A stretch of 64,000 nt of DNA from Nitrospirota bacterium (GTDB lineage Bacteria > JACPQY01). The notes beneath the pieces were generated by a model that made no database searches, was not told where the DNA came from, and worked only from the letters and a program-made list of their open reading frames with translations. This document shows, in pieces, positions 40,329 to 49,215 of this stretch (the stretch's first letter is position 1; every line of letters begins with the position of its first letter). A program made the position numbers and the translations under genes. Location: the NCBI GenBank assembly GCA_016190245.1, contig JACPQY010000011.1, forward strand, positions 35,512-99,511, read 5' to 3'.

Positions 40329-42302
40329 TCAATCCCGCGCTCGACGCAGCGTGGGGGGTGGAAGGAAGATCTCACCGCAGGGTGGAGTCTCCCCTCCGTA
40401 CAGGGTCCACACTTGATCGTCCTGGGTCGCCCCCAGGTCGGGGCCCATCTGGAGGAAGAGCAGCCATGGGCATTCGAGGTAGTAGACCTCGAGTCCACCG
40501 CTTGCGTCGTCAACGATTCTGCCGGCCACATGGCCGACGATCTCCCATTCCGGCGGCGCAGGGAAAAGCGCGGGCGACATCGCAAACAGTGTCGGGGTCA
40601 GGGAAACCCCCTCGTGGGTGCCGAATCCAATCCCATCGTAGAGCAGATGGACATCATCTTGGGTGTCAAAAACCGTCCCTCGATTCCTGAAAAGTTCCAG
40701 TGGCGATCCGTGGAGGAGGGCATCTTCGTTCGAGAGAAAGATAGGGTCCCGGGTGTTCATCAGTTCCTTGTCCAGAACCAGGCGATCGTCCGATTTGTCT
40801 GCCGGATCCTTGCCGTAGTCCAGAAGATAGGTTCCCAAGTTGGAGTTGATCCAGATCCGATTCTGAGGATCGGCCGCGATGCCGAAGAGCTGATCCGTCC
40901 AAAGGCCTTCATCCTGGGTGAAGTTCGCAACCCAACGCACCTCGTTCGACGCCGGATCGAGTTGGAAAACACTCACGCCATCCACCCCGCGGTCCAGGTT
41001 GGGCTCCAGGTCGTACGTGGACGCCCACAAATAGCCCTTGCCGTCCACGGCAAGACCGGAGACGTTCTCATCAATGAGACCTTCCACAGGGACAGGATCT
41101 GTAGAGAGGTCCAGATCGAATGCGAGGAGTCCCGCCCCGACGCCGGAGACCACGACTTTCTTGCCTTTCCATTCGACGATCGGGAACCCGTAGAACGCCT
41201 CTCCGACCCGGCTCAGGCTTTCCGACTTGATCCGCTGCGTGTAGTCGAACTTCCGGAGGACCGTGCCTTCAGCGTCGATGACGGTCAGGAGTGGGCCCGC
41301 ATAGTCCAATGAAACGTAGTTCTGGCCGAACCAGATCCGCCCCCTGCTGTCTCGAAACGGCTTGCCGGTTTGGTTCATGAGAACCTCAGAATCGTCGGGT
41401 TTCTCCCGAAGGACGAGAATCCGCTTCGCCGCGTCGTCGTCCGTCGTTCTGAGGTCCGCGCCCAGGTCGAGTCTGAGGAGCCCCTGAGTGTCGGTTCCGA
41501 TCCAGAGGACGGATTCGGATTCGCGCTCGATCCACCGGGCATCGAGGTAGGGGGAGAAATAGAGGCGGAGCGGATCCAGCGGTCCTTTCTTGTCTCGCGC
41601 CGACATTTCCACCATGTGCATCTCGACAGAGAGCTTGCTCGTCTCGATCTCGAGCCTCACCGGAAGGACGGACTGGAATTCATCGTCGTCTCGGGAGGCG
41701 TTCTCCGGGGCCACCTGGGGCGGACCGAACACGAGATTGTACGGCCCGGTCGCAATAGTCGAGGTGTACGCAGAATCGAGGAACGAGGTTCGATCCACGG
41801 TGTAGGTGGTCCCGTCCAGGGTGAACGTGAGATCGAGAATCGCATCGGAACCCACCTTGTATTGGTTCTCGAACTTCACCGTGTCCAGGAGCGGCAGTGG
41901 AAGATAGCCGGCGTGCACAAGGTCCACTTCCTTCCAGGGATCCCGCAGATCCTCCCTCCAAGGGGTCCTCAGGTTGTAGGCCAGGTATCGGTCCAGGATC
42001 CATTCATTTCCGGCGATCGCGCAGACCACATCGTCGGCAAGCGAAGACGTGTCGGGGCAGATGGATCGCGGGACGAGGGGCGCGGCCGCCGGGAGGTCCA
42101 GGAGCGCGTCGGCCGAGTGGATCTCTACCGTCGCGGCCTCGATTTCGAGATCGGGTGCGGGTCCGTCACCGCAACCGGAGACGGCCAAGGAAGCCGCGAG
42201 GGCCAGGGCGCGGGTCAATCCGGCCACGGACGGCCTCGGCCGCACTCCCCGGGCCGCGTCATACTCGCCGCCCCTCTCGTAGACCGACCGTGTTTTGTCC
42301 AT
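40329..42302 (-). CDS. Putative lipoprotein with beta-propeller (two-component regulator propeller-like) repeats
   Basis: LAVSGC lipobox; DSRGRIWFG, DGKGYLWAST, DPQNRIWI repeats. Confidence 0.75.
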   Translation of the reverse strand: MDKTRSVYERGGEYDAARGVRPRPSVAGLTRALALAASLAVSGCGDGPAPDLEIEAATVEIHSADALLDLPAAAPLVPRSICPDTSSLADDVVCAIAGNEWILDRYLAYNLRTPWREDLRDPWKEVDLVHAGYLPLPLLDTVKFENQYKVGSDAILDLTFTLDGTTYTVDRTSFLDSAYTSTIATGPYNLVFGPPQVAPENASRDDDEFQSVLPVRLEIETSKLSVEMHMVEMSARDKKGPLDPLRLYFSPYLDARWIERESESVLWIGTDTQGLLRLDLGADLRTTDDDAAKRILVLREKPDDSEVLMNQTGKPFRDSRGRIWFGQNYVSLDYAGPLLTVIDAEGTVLRKFDYTQRIKSESLSRVGEAFYGFPIVEWKGKKVVVSGVGAGLLAFDLDLSTDPVPVEGLIDENVSGLAVDGKGYLWASTYDLEPNLDRGVDGVSVFQLDPASNEVRWVANFTQDEGLWTDQLFGIAADPQNRIWINSNLGTYLLDYGKDPADKSDDRLVLDKELMNTRDPIFLSNEDALLHGSPLELFRNRGTVFDTQDDVHLLYDGIGFGTHEGVSLTPTLFAMSPALFPAPPEWEIVGHVAGRIVDDASGGLEVYYLECPWLLFLQMGPDLGATQDDQVWTLYGGETPPCGEIFLPPPTLRRARD

Positions 42303-42336
42303 CGCCCTTTCCCCTCTGGCGGCTGCGCTCGGGACC

Positions 42337-44049
42337 CTACGGCCTGGGCAGCGAGGGAACCAGCGTCCCGACCAGCTCGTTCAGGTCCACCGGATTTCCG
42401 CTCCCCTGAACGGCGATGAGCTTCTGCCGGATCCCGTCCAGCCCCGTACTCGGCGCGACCACCGAGCAGTACAGTTCCAGCGCGGCGGAGAGGTCTTCGC
42501 GCTCGGAGTCATAGAGGCTCTCGACGAAGCCGAGGAAACGATCCTCCTTCGCGCCGCTCAGCGTCCCGGCCATGCCGACCATGTAACCGGTCGGCACGAA
42601 GCACTCGTCGTGCCCCGACCATCTCTCGAATACGAGACCGAAGTGCAGGAGGGAAGGCTGAGTGTCCGGCTCCGCCGGTTTGCCCGCGCCCATGAAGCCG
42701 ATCACGAACCGGTCGCGACCACTGTCGCAGGAACCGTCGCCCGAGGCGGCGCACCGGGCCTGCCGAGCGGTGGGCGCCACGAATCCGATGTACGCCCCCA
42801 CCATGGCGCTGCCGTAAACTTCCGGGTCCACCACCCAGTAGCCTCCCGTAAGCCCCGGTGAGAGGTCCGTCTCTTCGAGGTTGGCCCACACCCCACCCCA
42901 CAGGCCCACATCGTGACTGTCGCCACTGGCCACGGGTGCCGTCAATGCATAGGCGATCCCCGTGTCGAGGCCGTCCTCTCTGAGATGGAAGCCGATCAGC
43001 GAGTATTGATCCACATCCTGACCCGCCAGGGTGGCGCCGTGGAGATACGGCTTCGTCCCGAGCAGGCTGTGGCCCACGTTCGCAAGCTCGATCCTCTCGA
43101 CCGCCGTGCCGGCGAAGCGCATTTCGACGCCGATGCCCAAGAGAGTCGCTTTGCATCCGAGGACGACCGCGAAACCGTCGCGCTTGGCGAGAACCGACGT
43201 CGTCCAGGAGATCTTCGCGCCGTCGCCCGACAGGCGCAGATCGTCCGGGGTGCCGCCCGAGTCACGCTCGGCCGGGAGAGGGATGAACTGCTCGGCCCGG
43301 AAGGCGCAGGTTCGCTTGGGATCGCCCGTGATCGCCAACTCACCTGAATACTCCCGCGCCGTCTCCGGGAGCTCCGCCTCTTTCTGAGGCGGACCCCAAT
43401 TCGCGAGGAAAAGATACGACGTGGTCAGCGATGGAAACTTCACACCGGCGACCGGGGGAATGGGCAACCTCACCTCTTTCGCGAACGTCAGCACGGACTC
43501 GCGTTCGGCATCCAACACCGAATGGACCGCCGCCGTCGCTTCCTGGAGGGTCGGATTCTCGGCCAACAGGGCGGCCAGGACGTCGGCCGGAGTGAGGGGC
43601 GTTGAGTCCTGAGATCCACTCGCCTCTTCGGTTGTTTCCGAGGTCTCGGATCCCGTCGTGATCTCATCAAGGCCCGGCTTCAGATCGGCTGGTACGTCGG
43701 GGCTCTCCACCACGGAGACGGAATCGGCCTGCACGTCCGCCGCTTCCGGTTCCCCGGTTGCGGGGTTCGATGAGTCCGCCTCTGCCTGAGCCGCGGGGTC
43801 GTCCACGGACGGTGCAGGCGCGACCTCGGCGCTGACCGTCTGAATTTGTACCGCCACGCCACCGGCCTCAGATCCTCGACCACCGATCAGACCGAGATTG
43901 AAAATTTCGTCCGCCGGTTCAGCCACGGCGGCCACCTGACCGGGCACGACCTCGGAAGTCGGGACCGATCCATCATCCTTCGAGCCTTGTGTGCCGCAAG
44001 CTGCGGCCAGCCAGATACCGAACATCGAGAAAGCCACTCTGGTTCTCAT
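42337..44049 (-). CDS. Putative lipoprotein with acidic low-complexity linker
   Basis: WLAAAC lipobox; AAAGGGGG RBS; long ORF with GC3 bias. Confidence 0.75.
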   Translation of the reverse strand: MRTRVAFSMFGIWLAAACGTQGSKDDGSVPTSEVVPGQVAAVAEPADEIFNLGLIGGRGSEAGGVAVQIQTVSAEVAPAPSVDDPAAQAEADSSNPATGEPEAADVQADSVSVVESPDVPADLKPGLDEITTGSETSETTEEASGSQDSTPLTPADVLAALLAENPTLQEATAAVHSVLDAERESVLTFAKEVRLPIPPVAGVKFPSLTTSYLFLANWGPPQKEAELPETAREYSGELAITGDPKRTCAFRAEQFIPLPAERDSGGTPDDLRLSGDGAKISWTTSVLAKRDGFAVVLGCKATLLGIGVEMRFAGTAVERIELANVGHSLLGTKPYLHGATLAGQDVDQYSLIGFHLREDGLDTGIAYALTAPVASGDSHDVGLWGGVWANLEETDLSPGLTGGYWVVDPEVYGSAMVGAYIGFVAPTARQARCAASGDGSCDSGRDRFVIGFMGAGKPAEPDTQPSLLHFGLVFERWSGHDECFVPTGYMVGMAGTLSGAKEDRFLGFVESLYDSEREDLSAALELYCSVVAPSTGLDGIRQKLIAVQGSGNPVDLNELVGTLVPSLPRP

Positions 44050-44279
44050 TGCAGTTCCCCCTTTCATCCACGCTCTCTAAGCGCAGGAAGCGTGCCAAGA
44101 CGGCGCGTTCCGGCAGGACCACACAACGGCTTGGAACACATGAATGTCTCAGACGGGGCTCCCGTCAAGCGGCGAGCGGGATTCCTTCGCCGCCCCTCCC
44201 GGCTGGATTCAGCCAGCCGATCGGCCGAATTCAGCCAGGAGTGGAGGTGGCTCGGCCGGCCGGCGCGTCCGAAGACGCC

Positions 44280-45104
44280 TCACGATATCGTGACGCTGCT
44301 CTTCTTTCCGAAAGGTGGATTGGTCAGGACCATCTCGTAGTGGCGACCGCCTTGGTCCGCGAGGGCATCCCGGACATCAATGGGCACCTTGTCCGCACCA
44401 TTGCCTCCGATGCCGTGGAGGAGGAGATTCATGCAGCATAGACGGGCCACTCCGTCCACAAGCTCGATTCCGTAGAGCGTTCCGCTCTTGAGGCGCTTTT
44501 TCTGCTCGCGGTCGAGCGTGTGGTGTTGGGCGATGTAGTCGTGAGCCGCGAGAAGAAACCCGCCGGTTCCGCATGCGGGGTCGCAGAGGGTCATTCCGGG
44601 CTCGGGCCGCATCACGTCCACGAGGGCGGCGATGAGCGGACGCGGCGTGAAGTACTGGCCGGCGCCGCCCTTCACGTCCTCCGCGTTTTTCTGGAGAAGC
44701 CCCTCGTAAGCGTCACCTTTTACGTCGGCGGACAGGGACGACCAATTCTCCTTGTCGATCAGGTCCACGATGAGTCGCCTGAGTTTTGCGGGGTCCTGAA
44801 TCTTGTTCTGGGCTTTCCGGAACACGAGTCCAAGCATGCCCTTCTCTTTTCCGAGCGATTCCAAGACGCGCCGGTAATGCGTTTCGAGTTCTTCGCCATC
44901 GCGGGCCGACAAACTCGGCCAGTCGGAGCCTTTCGGGATGGGAGAGGGCTTGTTGATCGGCGGCCGCGTCTGCTCATCCGCCATCTTGAGGAAGAGAAGG
45001 AACGTCAGTTGCTCGACGTAGTCGCCGTACGACAGCCCGTCATCCCGCAAGATGTTGCAGTAGTTCCAGAGCTTCTGGACGAGTTGTTGGGAATGGTCAG
45101 CCAT
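44280..45104 (-). pseudogene. hsdM: Type I R-M methyltransferase HsdM, C-terminally truncated
   Basis: GAGQYFTPR, DPACGTGGFL, NPPF; stop ~10 codons after NPPF at 274 aa, downstream sequence shows no HsdM-like continuation. Confidence 0.88.
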
Positions 45105-45151
45105 GCTCCGCGATAAGTCCAGAATAAGTCAAGTATGAGTCAAGCACCCGA

Positions 45152-45370
45152 TCATTCGGCCCGAAGTTCCTTGAGATGCCGCGAAGACTCCCGGGCCTGC
45201 TCGCCGGTGTAGTACCGCGTCCGGCAATGGGAGCAGTACATGAACCGATCCTTGTGGAGCCGCCAGGTTTTCCCTTCGACGACCACCTTGCGGCAACCTA
45301 TGGATTCCTTCGCCTCCCCTTTCCCGCAAACGCTGCACTTTTCGACCTTCACGACTTTCGGTCCTCTCAT
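45152..45370 (-). CDS. YgiT/MqsA-type zinc-finger protein
   Basis: CSVCG...CSHC..RYY..E pattern, 72 aa. Confidence 0.75.
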   Translation of the reverse strand: MRGPKVVKVEKCSVCGKGEAKESIGCRKVVVEGKTWRLHKDRFMYCSHCRTRYYTGEQARESSRHLKELRAE

Positions 45371-45438
45371 TCTTCCGATTCTGTCGCTGACTTTCGCATT
45401 CCGTGGAGTGGTGCCGGCGCGGCCTCCCCGCGGACCGG

Positions 45439-45831
45439 CTATTCCAAGCTGGCTGCAATCAGATGTCGAAAGATGTTGTCGCAGTACGTGTTCGCTGCCG
45501 CTGCCGCCAATCCAAGTTGGCCGTGCTTGAAGACCTCGTCGTAGTCCGCGGAACGGCGGTATTCCAACAGCTTTCGGAGGTCGCCTCCCAATTTCTGCCG
45601 ATAGATCTGTCTGGATCTCGCGAATTGATCCCGGACAAAGGCGTGGACCTCTCTGTCGGGCAGAGCTACCCCACCCATGACCAAGAGGGATCGCGAAAGG
45701 TGATAAGCTGCATAGTACGCCCTACTGATTGCGGATCTCCAGAGCGCCTCAACTTCACCGGGATCCTTCCCCACCCGCTGATTGACCAACCAGCCTGACA
45801 ATTTCCGGTACTCATCCCAGGCAAAACTCAT
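45439..45831 (-). CDS. HEPN domain protein (UPF0332-like)
   Basis: RSAISRAYYAAYH, H..V, RRSADYD; ATGA overlap with upstream gene. Confidence 0.85.
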   Translation of the reverse strand: MSFAWDEYRKLSGWLVNQRVGKDPGEVEALWRSAISRAYYAAYHLSRSLLVMGGVALPDREVHAFVRDQFARSRQIYRQKLGGDLRKLLEYRRSADYDEVFKHGQLGLAAAAANTYCDNIFRHLIAASLE

Positions 45832-46385
45832 GTGAACGCCGGCAGAATGACGATCAGCCCGGAGGATGCCATCGGTTGTTTGAGCCACCATTTGAAGTCG
45901 AACCGGTCCAGCCCTTCGATTGCGTCTTCGGGCGCCATTCCAGTTTCGACCTGTACGACCAGGTACTCCAATCCTTCTTCCTCATCCTTCGCCAGGCTCA
46001 ATTGGAACCCGGTTACTTCCGGAACAAAACTACGGACCTGCTCGGGAACCTGCGCGAGCACGTCTTTCAGATCACCGTGTTCACGCAGGAAGGTCATCAC
46101 GAGTCCATGGTCCAGAATGCGGTACCACTTCAGCAGGCTGGGAGAATCAACACTGGCCGCCAGGGAGGGCTGGCTGACTGCAATCGTCCATTTGCTCCAA
46201 TCGATGGAGTCCGACGTGAGTCTCAGGGTGTTGCAGACGGGCCGGGCCTGCGACTCCACAATCACTTTGGGGATACCCATTGAACCGGGACCCAGCGAAG
46301 TGGACCCCCGCTGAGGTGGAGACCAAGGTGCCATGACGGAGGAATACTTGATGGCTGGCTCGCGGCCAGGGAGTCCGAGGTTCAT
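45828..46385 (-). CDS. Hypothetical protein, HEPN-associated (candidate antitoxin)
   Basis: V..FL..H..L...L....QV..F....L....D.E..L.V...T....A...LD.FD..WWL pattern; zero-gap and ATGA coupling on either side. Confidence 0.7.
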   Translation of the reverse strand: MNLGLPGREPAIKYSSVMAPWSPPQRGSTSLGPGSMGIPKVIVESQARPVCNTLRLTSDSIDWSKWTIAVSQPSLAASVDSPSLLKWYRILDHGLVMTFLREHGDLKDVLAQVPEQVRSFVPEVTGFQLSLAKDEEEGLEYLVVQVETGMAPEDAIEGLDRFDFKWWLKQPMASSGLIVILPAFT

Positions 46386-47129
46386 CTACGCCGCCTTCTG
46401 CCGGCCAAATACGTCTCGGAGCCGGTCGGTTACGCATGATTCGAATGTGTCCTCGACCTGCCGATGCGCGTTCTCCACCCACGACAGCATGGCTGACGAT
46501 TCGAAGGCGGGCCTCTCGAACGAAAAGAAGTCGAGGTCGAATATCATTCCCATGTGTCCTGCTTTTGCCGCCTTCTGGCTGAGCAACTGTAAACGGAGCC
46601 GATTCCTTCCCTCATCGCATAAAAGCTCAAATCCGGCCATGAACGCAGCCACCGGGGGATGTCCCCCATAGTCAAAGTAAGGGAAGAACCGGAGATAGTC
46701 GCCAATCCGCGCATTCTCAGGGATCTCGAAATGATTGATATAGCGAAGGGTCTGCCCTTGGATTCCCTTCGGCTGGGCGATGGTCATGTACTCGCGCAGT
46801 GCATGCTGAATCATCGGTAAGTAGTTGACCCAACGCTCGTAGGGGTTGAGGCGGCTGACGGCCAATACGTGCGGCCCCAGAAGGATGATGCTCTTCGCGT
46901 TAGAAGTGGAGAACCGAATGACGGGAGTTGTTCTGACCTCTTGCTCGAGGATTTCGGATTCAGACTTTATCTGCGAATCGATCCGGGTTAGATCCTGCCT
47001 TTGAGAGAACTCGGACTGGATGGCTTGATAGTACATGCCCGGAACCGTGCTGTCCCACGGGCCTGATGGGTCAAACCGAAACTCGCAGACGGCCTCATGA
47101 AGAGGAGGGGTTACGTATTTTCCCGGCAT
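46386..47129 (-). CDS. TIGR04255 family protein
   Basis: Y..PPL.EAVCEFRF, PY..W, LRYIN, DLD, H...FE...TD motifs. Confidence 0.85.
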   Translation of the reverse strand: MPGKYVTPPLHEAVCEFRFDPSGPWDSTVPGMYYQAIQSEFSQRQDLTRIDSQIKSESEILEQEVRTTPVIRFSTSNAKSIILLGPHVLAVSRLNPYERWVNYLPMIQHALREYMTIAQPKGIQGQTLRYINHFEIPENARIGDYLRFFPYFDYGGHPPVAAFMAGFELLCDEGRNRLRLQLLSQKAAKAGHMGMIFDLDFFSFERPAFESSAMLSWVENAHRQVEDTFESCVTDRLRDVFGRQKAA

Positions 47130-47197
47130 GCTCGCCCAATTCTACACCCTGAAGACGTAGAAGTACCAGTTCGAAACGAGAGCGGATTTCAAGATTC

Positions 47198-47860
47198 TCA
47201 CTCGTATGCCACGAAACGCGGTGCGAGCATCTTCGCAAGCGCGGGCGTGCCGGCCTCCGGGATGAGTGGCGCAAATCCTTGAACACACGTGGGATTCCAC
47301 GTGAAGAAAATCCCCGCCAATCGGTCGATCGGCTCGGATCTCAGAACGTTGATGGCCGCCTGGATTTCGGCGTCTTCAACGTTGTGGGCGCTTTCAGACC
47401 ACAGGTATACGAAGAACATGCCCCTCGTACCATCGTTCTTCGATGCCTTCTTGCGAATGGCTTCAATCAACTGCGCCTGCACTTCCTTCGGATTGCCGTA
47501 CTCGGGGAGCACCCCGGTTCCCCGAGCTTCGCGGAACCGCCTTTCATCATTGGCGTCTTCGTCGCGCCACCGAAATTTCTTCACCTCGATCGCCATCTCT
47601 TCCGTTGAGAGGCGGACCATCAGATCGGGGTGTTCGCCGAATTCCAAGCGTGAAACACTTGGTAGGGAGATGAACTGAGCAGCCGCACGAATCTCCGTCG
47701 CGATATCGGCCGCGGTGTCAGGCGATTTCGCGTTTTCACGGATTTGCTCCAGCTTGCGGCCGAGGGAATCCTGATCAACGGCGCTGCTTTCGCGGAGTGC
47801 TTGCAGGCATGCCCTGAATTGTTCATCTGCGGGCAGCTCACCCGTCGTCGGCGCATTCAT
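47198..47860 (-). CDS. Putative PD-(D/E)xK nuclease-like protein
   Basis: E...HPDL-x9-IEVK motif; ATGA overlap with hsdS stop. Confidence 0.65.
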   Translation of the reverse strand: MNAPTTGELPADEQFRACLQALRESSAVDQDSLGRKLEQIRENAKSPDTAADIATEIRAAAQFISLPSVSRLEFGEHPDLMVRLSTEEMAIEVKKFRWRDEDANDERRFREARGTGVLPEYGNPKEVQAQLIEAIRKKASKNDGTRGMFFVYLWSESAHNVEDAEIQAAINVLRSEPIDRLAGIFFTWNPTCVQGFAPLIPEAGTPALAKMLAPRFVAYE

Positions 47861-49215
47861 AGCCCGCCCGAGAACGCCGCGTGCAAGATGGATTGGCGAA
47901 GGCGGGAGGCGCGGGAGAGGTTGGTGGCGACGACTTTTTCCAATTCCTTGACCGCGCTCAACCGGCGCTCGACTTCGGCGAAGATGCGGAGTTGCGCGGC
48001 AAGCGGCGGGATGGGTATGGGAAGGCTCTTCAGGGTCTCGATATTGATTCCGGTATACGCGATGCCCTTGGTACGTGCCAGCAACCATGCCTGGGAACGA
48101 GGAGAAGCGATGAAAATGCTCGTGGCCCGCGCAATTCCTGAGTCTACTAAGGCAAGCATTGCCACTTCACGAGAAATGTTGAAACCCGAACACTCGCGAG
48201 GAATCACGACCACCCCGCCTAGCGTTCCGCGGACGGTTACAAGAACCTCATCGCCTTGTAAGAAAGTGCGTTTGAATCTGGCGGCGATGCGAGGAGACAC
48301 GCGCTTCACATTCCCCAGGCCAAGTTGTAGGCTGCGGACGTCGCTTGATCTCAATACGGGAATGCCATTCTCGACCGAATCTCCAAGATTGATTACACCG
48401 TACGTTATCGAACGAACTGGATCGGTCAGTTGTTCGGCTGTTGCCCACGCCCAGCCATCAGGGAGTCGGGGGAGGTTGGAGGTGTCCGGGGGCTTGGGGT
48501 CGACGTATTTCTTATTGCGACCATTTTTCTTCTGATCTTTTTCCCAGGCTTCGCGGCGGGCGGAGAGGATGCGTGCAAGGAGTTGGGCGCCGGTTTCAAA
48601 GGGGCGACCTTCCTTGCGGGCGAGTTCGGCTTCGGTGGGAACGAGTTTCCCTTCGCACGCGGCTTTGAGAACGGCGGCGCGGTAGCGTTCCAGATTGGCC
48701 TGCACGCGCTTGAGCGCGGCCACCCCCGCCTCCAGCCGGGTGAACTGTTTCTCGATCTCGGCAACGATCCGCTGCTGTTCCCTTTCCGGCGGAACCAGCA
48801 CGGGAATCTGCTTCATCGGTCCCTGCGGTAGCTTCAAGCGTGTGGTTCCACTGACATAGGGGCGATAGTCGAGATTGTTCAGTTGGTAGAGGAGAAAGGA
48901 ATTCAGCAGTCCCGGCTTGGCCCGGAGCACATGCGCGTGATTACTTACCCACGACTTGCCGCGAATCAGATAGGCTTTCGGTTTCGTTGGATCGAGGAAC
49001 GGAGCGCCATCCTCGCCAAGAAGGACAAGTTCTTCATCGAATATAGGTGTGTCGATCCAGCCCACTTGGCCCGTCGCCCCGTAGTACGGAATCTGCCCCT
49101 GGCGTTTTTCCCGTTCCGTACTGTTGACGGGAATTCGATGTGAGTCGAGAATGTCCACTGCCTCTCTCAGTGGAACGGTGGCATGCCCAGCCTCAGTCGT
49201 GATGCCAGTGCTCAC
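47857..49215 (-). CDS. hsdS: Type I R-M specificity subunit HsdS
   Basis: Two TRDs, each followed by P.PP..EQ..IV.E conserved repeats; LPDGWAW; LRQSIL..AFSG.L. Confidence 0.95.
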   Translation of the reverse strand: MSTGITTEAGHATVPLREAVDILDSHRIPVNSTEREKRQGQIPYYGATGQVGWIDTPIFDEELVLLGEDGAPFLDPTKPKAYLIRGKSWVSNHAHVLRAKPGLLNSFLLYQLNNLDYRPYVSGTTRLKLPQGPMKQIPVLVPPEREQQRIVAEIEKQFTRLEAGVAALKRVQANLERYRAAVLKAACEGKLVPTEAELARKEGRPFETGAQLLARILSARREAWEKDQKKNGRNKKYVDPKPPDTSNLPRLPDGWAWATAEQLTDPVRSITYGVINLGDSVENGIPVLRSSDVRSLQLGLGNVKRVSPRIAARFKRTFLQGDEVLVTVRGTLGGVVVIPRECSGFNISREVAMLALVDSGIARATSIFIASPRSQAWLLARTKGIAYTGINIETLKSLPIPIPPLAAQLRIFAEVERRLSAVKELEKVVATNLSRASRLRQSILHAAFSGGL

